Shown piece after piece: positions 18,434 through 30,654 of a DNA stretch of 64,000 bases. The stretch's first letter is position 1. Each line of letters opens with the position of its first letter. Origin of the DNA: Thermoanaerobaculia bacterium (GTDB lineage Bacteria > Acidobacteriota > Thermoanaerobaculia > UBA5066); the NCBI GenBank assembly GCA_963719225.1, contig CAVRAY010000001.1, positions 320,001-384,000 of the forward strand, given 5' to 3'. The notes beneath the pieces were generated by a model, which was given only the letters and a program-made list of their open reading frames with translations, made no database searches and was not told the DNA's origin. The translations under genes and the position numbers were made by a program.

Positions 18434-20032
18434 TCAGCGCGACGCGAGCTCGGGCTCGAAGAGGCGGTCGCGGTCGGCGATCGCCGCGAAAGCCACGTCG
18501 TCCACGTACCCCGATTCCGCCATGCGTGCGAGCCGCCAGAAATCCTCCACGTGCCCGCGGATGCGCGCCTCGGCGTAGTCGCGGGAGACTTCGTTGTCGA
18601 TCAGGAACGGCCAGTCGGACGACTGGAGGAGCAGGGCCTGCCGCTCGAGGGCCGCGAACAGCGGAAGTGGGATGTTCTCGCGCCGGTCCTCGAATGCCTC
18701 CAGGGCGCGCTCGGCCGCGTCCACTTCGCGCCAGTACGAGATGGTGTGGTCGTTCCACCACACCTGAAAGTCGCCGCCGCGTCCCCAGGTGCCCGGGGGC
18801 AGCCGAAGGACGACGGGAGGGGGCGCGGCCGCGAGCGCTTCGGAAGCGGTGCGCGGCACGACCCGGTCGTTTCCCGCGAGCCGGGAGAAGACCGCCTCGA
18901 GGAAGTCCACGCCTTCGAACCACCAGTGGCCGAACAGCTCGAAGTCGAACATCGCGACGACGACCGGCGCATCGCCGCCGGGAACAGCGGGTGCGCTCTC
19001 GAGCAGCTTGACGAAGTGGTCGGCGTGCGACGCCAGGGCGCCCGCGACGGCGGCGCGCTCGTAAGGAAGCTTGTCGCCGAGGTCGAGGCTCGAATCCGTG
19101 ACACGCCAGTAGCGGTGGCCGCTCGGAGCGCGCTTCTTGTGGAACTCGAGATAGCGCCCGTCGCCGGGATAGCCGACCTTGCCGGACCAGACCTGCTGCG
19201 AGGAGAGCGGATCCCGTGCGAAGACGCCGACGCGCTCGCCGTGCGCGGCGCGAACCGCGTGGATGCGGTAGGGCGTTGCGCCGCTTTCCGGCAGATCGAC
19301 CTGCCCGCCGTAGGCGGGGACGACCTTGCCGCCCGTGACGAGATGCGTCTCCACGAAGAAGTACTTCAGGCCGCGCACGGCGAGGAACTCCTCGAGGCCC
19401 GAGCGCTCTTCCACGTGTCCGTCCGCGGGAGACGTCCACGGGCCGCCCGGCCGGTACGCGCACTCGGGGAGCCAGATGCCGCGCGCGTCGCGCCGGAAGT
19501 GCCGCCGGTGCGCCGCGAGCCCGGCATCGAGCTGGCGGTCGATGGCGCGATCGTTCGGGAGGAGCGGCAGGAACCCGTGGGTCGCGGCCGAAGCGATCAT
19601 CTCCAGCGCGCCGCGCTCGGCGAGGCGTCGGAAAGACGGCGTGAGGCCGCCCGGGCGTCCGGCGAAGTCCGTGCGCAGGCCTTCGTAGAAAGCCGACCAG
19701 AAACCGGCAACGGCCGCGGCCGAAGAGTCGCCGCCCGCCGAGAGGCGCGCCTCGTCTTCCCGGGCCGCACGCGCGCGCTGCGCGAGATAGCCCTCGAAAC
19801 CGTGCGTGAAGCGCTCGTCCGCGAGCTGTTCGGAGAGCACGGGCGTCATCCCGACCGTCGCCTTCACGGGAATTCCCGCCGCGAGCAGCCGCTCGACGGC
19901 CATGAGGAATGGCTGGTACGTCTCGGCAGCGGCCTCGTAGAGCCAGTTCGCGCCGTGGGGCCACGTCCCGTGTCCGAGAACGTCCGGAATGTGGCCGTGC
20001 AGCACGAGAACGAGCGTGACGGGAGGGCGCAT
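18434..20032 (-). CDS. GH57 1,4-alpha-glucan branching enzyme (DUF1957)
   Basis: LVLHGHIP, WLYEAAAETY, ATHGFLPL, GIWLPECAY, FDFELFGHWWFEG, LLLQSSDWPF; start ATG 20032. Confidence 0.92.
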   Translation of the reverse strand: MRPPVTLVLVLHGHIPDVLGHGTWPHGANWLYEAAAETYQPFLMAVERLLAAGIPVKATVGMTPVLSEQLADERFTHGFEGYLAQRARAAREDEARLSAGGDSSAAAVAGFWSAFYEGLRTDFAGRPGGLTPSFRRLAERGALEMIASAATHGFLPLLPNDRAIDRQLDAGLAAHRRHFRRDARGIWLPECAYRPGGPWTSPADGHVEERSGLEEFLAVRGLKYFFVETHLVTGGKVVPAYGGQVDLPESGATPYRIHAVRAAHGERVGVFARDPLSSQQVWSGKVGYPGDGRYLEFHKKRAPSGHRYWRVTDSSLDLGDKLPYERAAVAGALASHADHFVKLLESAPAVPGGDAPVVVAMFDFELFGHWWFEGVDFLEAVFSRLAGNDRVVPRTASEALAAAPPPVVLRLPPGTWGRGGDFQVWWNDHTISYWREVDAAERALEAFEDRRENIPLPLFAALERQALLLQSSDWPFLIDNEVSRDYAEARIRGHVEDFWRLARMAESGYVDDVAFAAIADRDRLFEPELASR

Positions 20033-20046
20033 GGAGGGCGGCGATT

Positions 20047-22197
20047 CTACGCCGGGGTCTGCCGCGCTCTTCTGAGGCTCGCGGGGGACGACGCGGGGCC
20101 GGGCGGGCGGAAGCGGACCCAACCGTCTTCCGGAATCGTCTCCTGCGTGCGTCCGTCGGCGTCGAGGAGCGCGATCCGGAAGGAGAGCGCGGCGCGCGCG
20201 CCGGGAGCCGACGGAACGCGTACTTCGAGCACGCGATCCAATCCCACACGGAGGCTGCCGTCCCCGGTGACGCCGGGCGAGAGCGACAGGTCCGTCTTCA
20301 GGGGAGCGTCGCCGTCGCCGGAAGGTTGGACCTCGATGCGCAGGATCCGCCCGTAAAACGTGGATGCGTCTCTTTCGGGGTCGAGCCTGAGAAAGAGAGT
20401 GTCTCCCGACGCCGAAGCTCCAAAGAGGACCTGCTTCACGAGGCCCGCGCTGCGATGCATCGTGCCGCGGCTTCCTCCGCGGATGCAGCCCGCGCCCGCC
20501 CAGTCCGCTTCGCCGGCGAGGCCGTCGATCGCGGGCCAGAGCGCGCTTCCGGGCGGCATGACCTCGGGGCCGTGCATCGGATCGACGGGCTCGAGGAGCT
20601 CGGGCGGCACGGGACGCGCGGCCGCGCGGTAGGCGGCCGTGAGGTGCCGGCGAAAGAGCGCATCGAAAACGGCATCGTGCGCGGAAGAATGGTCGTCGCC
20701 GAGCCACCAGAACCAGTCGGACGCCTCGGCGGCGAAGAGCGCGGCCTTGGCCGCGGCCGGCGTCGAATCGCCGTTGAGGACCTCGGCGGGGGAGACCACG
20801 GGCGCGGCCGCGATCTCACCCCCGAGAGCTTCGCGCGCATCATGAAGGAGGCTCCAGGCCTTGTTCTTCGGAGGCGCTCCGATCCACGTCGCGAGGTTCC
20901 CGTCGACCCAGGAGCCCGCGACGACGCGCTCGAGGCTCGCGGGCGGGGCCGCGAGGCGTTCGAGGGCTTCCGACGGAGTCACGACCTCGAAGTCCTGCCT
21001 GGCGGCGAGAGCCGCCGCCAGGGCCCGGAGGAACGGCGCGCCGTTGTCGGGATACGACTCCCAGGCGTTCTCGCCGTCGAGGATCACGGGCACGACGAGC
21101 TCGGCCTCGGGCGCGGCCGCGCGGATCGAAAGGAGCCGCGCGACGAAGTCGGCGGCAGCGTCGGAGGGATCCCACGTGGCGTACGAGAAGCCGATCCGGT
21201 CCGAGAGGATCCGGTCGCGGAAGAAGATCGCGGGCGACGGTACGCCCGCGAGGCGCCAGGGGCGGAACACCGTGCGCGCGCGGTCGCCCTCGCCGAAGTC
21301 GCGCTTGCCCGCCGACAGCGATTGCAGGAGGACGGCCTCGTCCGACGCCGTCCAGGCGACGCCGGCCTCTCCGAGGAGCGCGAGCGTCCCTTCCGAGAGC
21401 GCCCCCTCGGGCGGCCACATGCCGCGCGGGCGGAAGCCGAAGTGCTTTTCGAACGTTCCGAGGCCGAGCGCGAGCTGCGACCGCGCGTCGTCGGCGTGCG
21501 AGAAGCGGGGAACCGGAACCGGCAGGTCGGGACGCGCGTCCTTACCCGCGCTCGAGTCCAGGAGGAGGGGCAGGATCGGATGGTGGTACGGGCTCGTCGC
21601 GGCCTCGACGAGCCCCGAGTCGAAGGCGCTCTTCCAGGCGGGAATGACGCGGGAGAGGAAGGCCGCCTGATGATCCAGGAGAGCGTTCTTCTCCGTCTCG
21701 GTGAAGCCGTGCCCGCGCTTGCGCAGGTGGACCACGAGCGCGTCCTTCTGGAGAGCCGGCCCCGACCACGCGAGATGGAAGAGCACGACGAGGTCCGTGA
21801 GGTCGGAAGGCGAGAGGTCCTCTCCTTCGTCGGCGCGCCGCTGGAGCTCCGCGAGGCGCGGGAACCGCTCGAGAATGCGCGGATGCACCGCGAAGAAATT
21901 CTGGCGCGCGAACCGGACGGCGGCCGAATCCCATTCCGCCGCGGGCACGCGCGCGACGTCGAGAAAGGCGTCCGAGCCGCCGCGCGCGAGAAGATCGATC
22001 TGGTCGAGAAGCGCGGGCACGAGGTTCGCGGTGTGATGGATGCGCGGCTCCTCCGAGAGGAGCGCGGGCAGGTCGAAGTAGTCCTTCAGGGCATGGAGGC
22101 GCACCCATGGGAGCGCGGGCGGCACGCCGTCGAACGTCGGATACCACGGCTGGTGGAAATGCCAGAGAAAGACGACGCGGAGAGGCGGGACGGTCAC
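20047..22197 (-). CDS. GH57 glycoside hydrolase (amylopullulanase-like)
   Basis: LWHFHQP, PWVRLHALKDY, SPYHHPILPL, GMWPPEG, ILDGENAWE, AEASDWFWW. Confidence 0.93.
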   Translation of the reverse strand: MTVPPLRVVFLWHFHQPWYPTFDGVPPALPWVRLHALKDYFDLPALLSEEPRIHHTANLVPALLDQIDLLARGGSDAFLDVARVPAAEWDSAAVRFARQNFFAVHPRILERFPRLAELQRRADEGEDLSPSDLTDLVVLFHLAWSGPALQKDALVVHLRKRGHGFTETEKNALLDHQAAFLSRVIPAWKSAFDSGLVEAATSPYHHPILPLLLDSSAGKDARPDLPVPVPRFSHADDARSQLALGLGTFEKHFGFRPRGMWPPEGALSEGTLALLGEAGVAWTASDEAVLLQSLSAGKRDFGEGDRARTVFRPWRLAGVPSPAIFFRDRILSDRIGFSYATWDPSDAAADFVARLLSIRAAAPEAELVVPVILDGENAWESYPDNGAPFLRALAAALAARQDFEVVTPSEALERLAAPPASLERVVAGSWVDGNLATWIGAPPKNKAWSLLHDAREALGGEIAAAPVVSPAEVLNGDSTPAAAKAALFAAEASDWFWWLGDDHSSAHDAVFDALFRRHLTAAYRAAARPVPPELLEPVDPMHGPEVMPPGSALWPAIDGLAGEADWAGAGCIRGGSRGTMHRSAGLVKQVLFGASASGDTLFLRLDPERDASTFYGRILRIEVQPSGDGDAPLKTDLSLSPGVTGDGSLRVGLDRVLEVRVPSAPGARAALSFRIALLDADGRTQETIPEDGWVRFRPPGPASSPASLRRARQTPA

Positions 22198-22246
22198 GCC
22201 CCCTCCTTTTATCGTCCGGAGCGGACGGACACAAGTTGCCTCTGGC

Positions 22247-22255
22247 TGCTAGAAT
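22247..22255 (+). promoter_or_regulatory. Extended -10 promoter of ffs
   Basis: TGC-TAGAAT, 6-7 nt before the RNA stem. Confidence 0.6.
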
Positions 22256-22261
22256 CCGCAT

Positions 22262-22394
22262 CCCCCGGGCCCCCGGATGAGTTCGGGTCCCGCGCGACGG
22301 TCCCCTCCGAACCGTGTCAGGTCCGGAAGGAAGCAGCACTCAGGAGAAAGGCCCGGGCGCCGCGGATCGCCCGGACTCATCGGGGGGCTCGGGG
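22262..22394 (+). ncRNA. ffs: Signal recognition particle RNA (small 4.5S type)
   Basis: Conserved TCAGGTCCGGAAGGAAGCAGC domain IV; long terminal stem (GATGAGTTCGGG / CCCGGACTCATC), followed by a T7 run; upstream of dnaX. Confidence 0.93.
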
Positions 22395-22420
22395 CCCTTT
22401 TTTTCGAGTACAGTCGCGAC

Positions 22421-24339
22421 ATGGCCGAGCAGGCTTCCTACGTACCCCTCGCGCGCAAGTGGAGGCCGCGCACGTTCGCAGACGTGGTGGGACAGGACGA
22501 GATCGTCCGCGCCTTGACGAACGCGGTTTCCGCCGACCGGCTGGCGCATGCATACCTCTTTTCCGGCCCGCGCGGCGTCGGCAAGACGACGACGGCGCGC
22601 CTCCTCGCCGCCGCGATCAACTGCAGCTCCTCCGACGGCCCGACGGCGACTCCCTGCGGCACGTGCGCCTCCTGCGTGGAAGTGCTCGAGGGACGTTCTC
22701 TCGACACCCTCGAGATCGACGGCGCCACCCACGGCAAGGTGGACCAGGCGCGCGACCTCATCGAGGTCGTGGCCTACGCGCCGTCGCGCGACCGGCGCAA
22801 GGTCTTCATCATCGACGAGGTCCACGCGATCTCCTCGGCCGCGTTCCAGGCTCTCTTGAAGACGCTCGAGGAGCCGCCGTCGCACGCGGTCTTCATCCTG
22901 GCGACGACCGAACGGCACAAGATTCCCGCGACGATCCTGTCGCGCTGCCAGCGCTTCGACTTCCGGCGCCTCACGGACGACGAGGTGTGCGGCCGCCTCG
23001 CGGACATCGCCGTGCGCGAGGGCTTCGAGGTCGTCGACGCGGGTCTGGAGGCCGAGGGGAAGAAACCGGTCGTCGAGCGCGCGGCGCTGGCCGCGCTCGC
23101 CGCCGCGGCCACGGGCAGTCTCCGCGACGGTCTCTCCCTTTTCGACCAGGCGGCGGCGCGCTCCGGCGGCGGCGTGAGGGCGGAGGACGTCTCGGCGCTC
23201 CTCGGAGCGCCGGACCGGACGGCGCTCGTCAGCCTGCTCGGTGCCGTGCTCGCCGCGGACCGGATCGGCGTCTTCAAGGGTTGCGCCGAGCTCGAGGCCG
23301 CGGGCGCCGAGCCGCGCGCCACCCTTCATGACCTCACCGCGCTCGTGCGCGGCGCCGTGCGCCTCGCCGCCGATCCGGCGGCGGCGCCGCCGACGGGGCT
23401 CTCGGAGGAAGGCGCCGAGCGCGTGCGCGAGTTCGCGCGGCTCACGCCATATTCAACGCTCCTCCGTCTCCTCTCCCTCCTTTCCGAGTCCGACGGCACT
23501 CTGCGCCGCTCGGACGTCCCCGCCCTCGCGTTCGAGGTTCTTCTCCTGAAGCTCGCCGAGCTCCCGCGACTCGTGCCGATAGAGGAAATTCTTGCTGGGA
23601 AGATCCCCGTGCCACCCGCTCTGCCTGGCGCGACGAGTGGCGCGACCGCACCGGGCGGCGGCGCCGGGGGATTCTCTTTGAAAGGTGATTTGGCCGCGGA
23701 GCGCAATGCCAGCGGCGCGCGCACGAGCGGCGCCTCCGCCCCTGAAGCGGCCCCTTCCCCCTCTTCCCCTTCTAAGAAATCTTCAGACGCTGCGGCTGCT
23801 TCGGCGCAGCACGCAGCGGGCAGCCGTGCCGGTGTGCGGTCCGAAGCAGAAGATTCTTCTTCTTCCGACGTCCCCCGGTTCGTCGGGCTGACGCCGCTGG
23901 AGATCGTTCCCGATCCGGTGGCGACGCCGGATCCCGCGGGCGCGTTTCGCGCGGCCGTCGAGAAGAAGCATTCGCAGCTCGGTGCGGTCCTCGACGACGC
24001 CTCGATCCGCTTCGAAGGCAAGGACGTCCTCATCTCGCTCGACCCCCCGAGCGTCGTGACCGAAAAGCGACTGGCCGAGCCTGCGATGGCGAAGGTGCTC
24101 GAGGAGGCCGCCATCGCGGTCCTCGGGAGGGGGGCGAAGGTGACGGTCGAAAGCGTCTCCCCCCCGCGGGCGATCTCACGGCGGCCGCGGCCGTCGCCGA
24201 CCCCAAAACGCTCGAAAGGGACCACCTGAAGATGAAGGTGGCGACGGACGAGCGCGTGAAAAGGATGATGGATCTCTTCGGCGGCGAGATCGCCGACGTG
24301 AAGCGCGACGGCGGGCCCGACCGGGCGAAAGGCCGGTAG
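22421..24339 (+). CDS. dnaX: DNA polymerase III gamma/tau; apparent -1 frameshift at C7 run 24159-24165
   Basis: LARKWRP, GPRGVGKTT, Cys zinc motif, IIDEVH, SRC; zero frame stops at 24229, shifted frame gives a tau-like end DERVKRMMDLFGGEI, stopping at 24339 next to recR. Confidence 0.92.
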
Positions 24340-24342
24340 AGA

Positions 24343-24951
24343 GTGGCCGGCCTCCCGGCGTTCGACCGGCTCGTGGCGGCGCTCGAGAGACTCCCGGGCA
24401 TCGGTCCGAAGAGCGCGCGCCGGCTCGCGTACCACCTCCTGGCCGCGCCCGAGCACGATGCGGGAACGCTGACGGCCGCGCTCGCCGAAGCGCGGTCGCG
24501 CACCCGCTCGTGCTCGGTCTGCCACGCGCTCACCGAAGCCGATCCGTGCGGGATCTGCTCGGATCCGTCGCGTGACCAGCGCCTCCTCGCCGTCGTGGAG
24601 GATGCGGCGGATGCCGACGTCCTCGAGAGGACGCACGAGTTCCGGGGCCGCTACCACGTGCTCGGAGGAGCGCTCGCGCCGCTGCGCGGAATCGGGCCGG
24701 ACGACCTCAACGTCGCCGATCTCCTCGCGCGCGTCGATTCTCCGGCGGCGGGCGAGGGCCTGGAAGAGGTCGTTCTGGCGACGAATCCGAACGTCGAGGG
24801 CGAGTCCACCGCGCTGTACCTGGCCCGCCGTCTCAAGCCGCTCGGCGTGAAGGTCACCCGCCTCGCCCTGGGCCTTCCGGTGGGCGCCGCGCTGGAGTTC
24901 GCGGATGAAGTGACCCTCGGGAGGTCCCTCGCGGGCCGCCGGGAGATCTGA
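24343..24951 (+). CDS. recR: Recombination mediator RecR
   Basis: LPGIGPKSA HhH, C4 zinc finger, YHVLGG, ATNPNVEGE Toprim. Confidence 0.97.
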   Translation: MAGLPAFDRLVAALERLPGIGPKSARRLAYHLLAAPEHDAGTLTAALAEARSRTRSCSVCHALTEADPCGICSDPSRDQRLLAVVEDAADADVLERTHEFRGRYHVLGGALAPLRGIGPDDLNVADLLARVDSPAAGEGLEEVVLATNPNVEGESTALYLARRLKPLGVKVTRLALGLPVGAALEFADEVTLGRSLAGRREI

Positions 24952-24977
24952 TCGGTTAGACTTGCGTTCAAAAGCGC

Positions 24978-25472
24978 ATGTCGGATTTCATTCTTTTTGA
25001 CGAAGAGTTTCACCAGATCAAGGACGTCATCGGACGCCTCAAGGCGGACGCCCAGGCGAAAGTCGTCTTCATCGTCGACAAGAACGGTCAACAAATCGCC
25101 GCCCAGGGGGACATGGAATCGCTCGACACGACGTCCCTCGCGTCGCTCACGGCCGGCAACGTGGCCGCCACGGACGGCCTCGCGCGGCTCATCGGCGAAA
25201 AGGAGTTTCCCGTCCTCTTCCACGAGGGCGAGCGGGACAACGTCTACATCTCGATCGTCGGCCAGAGGGTCATCCTCGTCGTCATCTTCGACGAGCGCTC
25301 GTCTCTCGGCCTCGTGCGGCTGCGCGTGCGCAAGGCGAACGGCGAGCTCGAGCGGGTCTTCGACACCATCCAGAGGAAGGTCGAGAGCGAAAAAACACGC
25401 CGCCAGGAGGGCTACGACTCGCCGTTCGCCGAGATCACCGACGAAGACATCGACAGCCTCTTCCGCGAGTAG
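24978..25472 (+). CDS. mglB: Roadblock/LC7 GTPase-activating protein MglB
   Basis: DTTSLASLTAGNVAAT, LFHEGERDN, SSLGLVRLR, FAEITDEDID tail. Confidence 0.93.
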   Translation: MSDFILFDEEFHQIKDVIGRLKADAQAKVVFIVDKNGQQIAAQGDMESLDTTSLASLTAGNVAATDGLARLIGEKEFPVLFHEGERDNVYISIVGQRVILVVIFDERSSLGLVRLRVRKANGELERVFDTIQRKVESEKTRRQEGYDSPFAEITDEDIDSLFRE

Positions 25473-25478
25473 CCGCGC

Positions 25479-26063
25479 ATGACCTTCATCAACTACGCCG
25501 CCCGGGAGATCAACTGCAAGATCGTGTACTACGGTCCCGGCCTCTGCGGGAAGACGACGAACCTGCAGTACATCTACGACCGGACGAACCCGGCCGCCAA
25601 GGGCAAGCTGATCTCGCTCGCGACCGAGACGGACCGGACGCTCTTCTTCGATTTCCTCCCGCTCGACCTCGGCACGGTGCGCGGCTTCAAGACGCGCTTC
25701 CACCTCTACACGGTGCCGGGGCAGGTCTTCTACGACGCGAGCCGCAAGCTCATCCTGAAAGGCGTGGACGGCGTCGTCTTCGTGGCCGACTCGCAGGAAG
25801 CGCGCATGGACGCGAACGTCGAATCGCTCATGAATCTCGAGAAGAACCTCGTCGACCACGGGTTCGACCTGCAGGCGATTCCGTACGTCCTGCAGCTCAA
25901 CAAGCGCGACCTGCCCACGGCCGTCTCCGCCGAGGAGCTCTACCGCCAGCTCAATTTCAAGGGCGAGCCCACCTTCGAGGCCACCGCCCCGACCGGCCAG
26001 GGCGTCTTCGACACGCTCAAGGCCGTGGCGAAACAGGTCCTGATGGAGCTCAGGAAGAAGTAG
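25479..26063 (+). CDS. mglA: Small Ras-like GTPase MglA
   Basis: [41 protein letters not shown]. Confidence 0.97.
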   Translation: MTFINYAAREINCKIVYYGPGLCGKTTNLQYIYDRTNPAAKGKLISLATETDRTLFFDFLPLDLGTVRGFKTRFHLYTVPGQVFYDASRKLILKGVDGVVFVADSQEARMDANVESLMNLEKNLVDHGFDLQAIPYVLQLNKRDLPTAVSAEELYRQLNFKGEPTFEATAPTGQGVFDTLKAVAKQVLMELRKK

Positions 26064-26295
26064 CGTCAGGGGGCCAGTGGTCGAGACCAAGAGATCCGGA
26101 CGCCGGAGGAAGGAAGTCATGGCGGTCACCGCGGCCGCGGGCGTGGAAAAGGTCCGCGCCGCCGGTCGGGAAGATGGCCTGGCGGGACTTGCCGGAGGAT
26201 GGAGGGGTTCCGATGCCCTCGTCAAAGAGCTCACGTCTCTGAAGCGGTCGCGCCCGCGCCGCGGTCTTCGGCGGCACTGAGTCCTGGTCCCGACA

Positions 26296-26526
26296 TCACC
26301 AGGAGCCGCGCTCGCGATCGATCCACTTCTGGATGTTCTTCCCCTTCCAGAACCCGGCCCCGAGCCCTTTGAGGTCGTCGACGGTGTACTTTGGTGCCGG
26401 ACGAATCATCGCTTCGACGAGGAGCATCGTGACTTCACCGCTCAGCGAACGGTGATTCCTCTTCGCCCGTATCTTGAGTTTTCGGTAAAGGCTGTCAGGG
26501 AAGTTCTTGACGTTGAGGGTGGCCAT
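26296..26526 (-). CDS. Ribbon-helix-helix (FitA/Arc-like) antitoxin-type protein
   Basis: MATLNVKNFPDSLYRKLKIRAKRNHRSLSGEV; GGAGG RBS. Confidence 0.8.
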   Translation of the reverse strand: MATLNVKNFPDSLYRKLKIRAKRNHRSLSGEVTMLLVEAMIRPAPKYTVDDLKGLGAGFWKGKNIQKWIDRERGSW

Positions 26527-26577
26527 GGGCATTCCTCCAGAACGCCTCCATTTTGCCTCCACCAGTGACGCAGCCCC

Positions 26578-27705
26578 CTACGTCCCCTTCTTGTACAGGT
26601 ACGCCGACTCCAGGGTCCTCACGCCGTCGTTGTCGCCGACGACGTGCTTGCTGCCGCTCCAGATCGAGGCGCCGGCCGTGCGGCCTTTCGCGTCGACCGC
26701 GTAGAAGCTGACGTTGAAAATCGGGCGGCCCTTCGCGTCGCGGTGGCGGGGGACCTTGTGGGTCTTCTCGTCGATGCGTTTCAGGGCGGCGAGGCAGGCC
26801 TCCTCCGGGCCCTTTCCCTGCCGCATGAACTCGACGACGGTGTGCGAGCCGCAGGTGACGAGATTCGCCTCGCCGCGCCCGGTCGACCCGCAGCTTCCGA
26901 CGCCGCCCTCCGAGTAGATGCCCGCGCCGACGACCGGTGAATCGCCGAGGCGCCCGGGGATCTTGAAGAAGAGTCCCGACGTCGTCGTGACGCCCACGAG
27001 CTCGCCCTTTGCGCTCCTCACGGACATGTGGATCGTGCCCTGCGGCCGGAAGATCTCGTTGCCGTACTTCTCTAGGAACCACTTCACGTCCGGGTCCTGG
27101 GCCTCCTTCGCGGAGAGCTCCCAGTCGTCGATGTCGGACATGCGCTCTTTCCAGTACAGCCAGATCTTCTTCGTCCTCGTCGTCAGGAGGTCCTCGACGG
27201 GGAAGCCGTGCGCGGTCGCGAACTTGCGCGCACCTTCGCCCACGAGAAACACGCGGTCGGTGCGCTCCATGACGAGGCGCGCCACCTTCGATGGGGTCTT
27301 GCAGCCTTCGAGCGCGCCGACGGCGCCCGCCTTCATCGTGCGCCCGTCCATGACGCACGCGTCGAGCTGCACGACGCCTTCCTCGTTCGGAATGCCGCCG
27401 TACCCGACGCTGACGTCGTTCGGGTCCAGCTCGTTCACGTTCACTCCGGCGATCGCGGCGTCGAGAGGGTCGTAGCCCTGGATGAGCGCCTGCCGCGCCA
27501 CCTTCGTGGCCTCGACGCCGTTCGAAGACGTCACGAGGACGTAGGAGGAAGAATTTGCTTCCCCGGCAGACGGGGGGGGCCCGGCCGGGCCTGCGGCCGG
27601 AGGGGTCTGGCCCGCGAGCTTTTCTTCGAACGGGGAAGAGGGGAGAACGCTGGCAACGGAAACCGCGGCTGCCGTTCTCAGGAAACGGCGTCGAGAACTG
27701 GTCAT
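26578..27705 (-). CDS. N4-(beta-N-acetylglucosaminyl)-L-asparaginase (Ntn hydrolase), Tat-exported
   Basis: SRRRFL Tat motif, SVGYGGIP, LDACVMDG, QGTI cleavage site, GRLGDSP, TGRGE. Confidence 0.92.
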   Translation of the reverse strand: MTSSRRRFLRTAAAVSVASVLPSSPFEEKLAGQTPPAAGPAGPPPSAGEANSSSYVLVTSSNGVEATKVARQALIQGYDPLDAAIAGVNVNELDPNDVSVGYGGIPNEEGVVQLDACVMDGRTMKAGAVGALEGCKTPSKVARLVMERTDRVFLVGEGARKFATAHGFPVEDLLTTRTKKIWLYWKERMSDIDDWELSAKEAQDPDVKWFLEKYGNEIFRPQGTIHMSVRSAKGELVGVTTTSGLFFKIPGRLGDSPVVGAGIYSEGGVGSCGSTGRGEANLVTCGSHTVVEFMRQGKGPEEACLAALKRIDEKTHKVPRHRDAKGRPIFNVSFYAVDAKGRTAGASIWSGSKHVVGDNDGVRTLESAYLYKKGT

Positions 27706-27707
27706 CT

Positions 27708-28118
27708 CTACTCCTCCGGCAGCTCGGTCTCTTCCTCTTCCGCGCGCACGCCGCCGGGAAGCGCGTACTTCATGACGATGTCGCCGAGGTGCTGCGAAAA
27801 GGCCGAGCGGGGCAGAACCTGGTCGCAGCCGGCCTTTTCGCCCTTCTCGAGGAGGTCCTTCCTCACGTGCTCGTAGTAGCCCACGACGGCGATGCCTTTG
27901 GTCTTCGGGTTTTTCTTCAGGGCCACGATCGCGGCGAAAGGATCGTCGCGGAGCGCGAGGTCGACGATCACGAGACCCACGCGCCCGGATTCCGCCTTGG
28001 CCGCGAGCTGTGCGGATTTCTCGATGAAGATCCCGGTCGCCTGCGCGGATTTCAGCGTGTGATCGATCTTGGTTTTCCAGAACAGATCGTCCGCCAGGAC
28101 GAGGACGGTGGGGTTCAT
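27708..28118 (-). CDS. Atypical single-domain receiver protein
   Basis: VLADD...VIVDL CheY-like fold; conserved Thr and Lys replaced. Confidence 0.7.
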   Translation of the reverse strand: MNPTVLVLADDLFWKTKIDHTLKSAQATGIFIEKSAQLAAKAESGRVGLVIVDLALRDDPFAAIVALKKNPKTKGIAVVGYYEHVRKDLLEKGEKAGCDQVLPRSAFSQHLGDIVMKYALPGGVRAEEEETELPEE

Positions 28119-28282
28119 GGAATGCCTCCTCGGGCGAAGCTCGAACCGGTGATCTCAGGATGGGCGTGCGATGGGTCGAGCCAGGACAGTATAGGCCCGA
28201 GGGCCGGTCTTAGGATCGACAAGGCGCCTCGGGGGATGTCAGACTCCCCGGCGGTTTTTCGAAAGACCAGGAGGACAGACGG

Positions 28283-30272
<1,990 letters not shown>

Positions 30273-30283
<11 letters not shown>

Positions 30284-30554
30284 GGCGGCGTTTTCCATCG
30301 CCGCTGCCGTCGCTGGGGCAGGATTCTTTTATCTTTATTTCGTGGACCCGGCTACGTCACCCTTTGCGCCGCCGTGCCTCTTCACGGCGGCGTTCGGGGT
30401 CCGGTGCCCCGGCTGCGGCAGCCTGCGCGCCCTGCACGCGCTCGCGCACGGGGGCCTAAGAGCGGCTCTCGAATTCAACGCGCCTCTCGTATGTGTCCTG
30501 CCCCTCGCGGGTGCTCTCTTTCTCTTTCCCTTTCTAAGAGAATCTTCTTCTTAA
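30273..30554 (+). CDS. DUF2752 membrane protein
   Basis: PCLF...CPGCGSLRA...HG...N motif. Confidence 0.8.
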
Positions 30555-30654
30555 GGCATGGACATACGGCCCGCCCTTTTCGTTCAAGTGTCCCTTTTCG
30601 GCGGCACGAAAACGTGCAGGACGGCTGGCATCAGCGGTTTTCGGCCGTTTTCCC

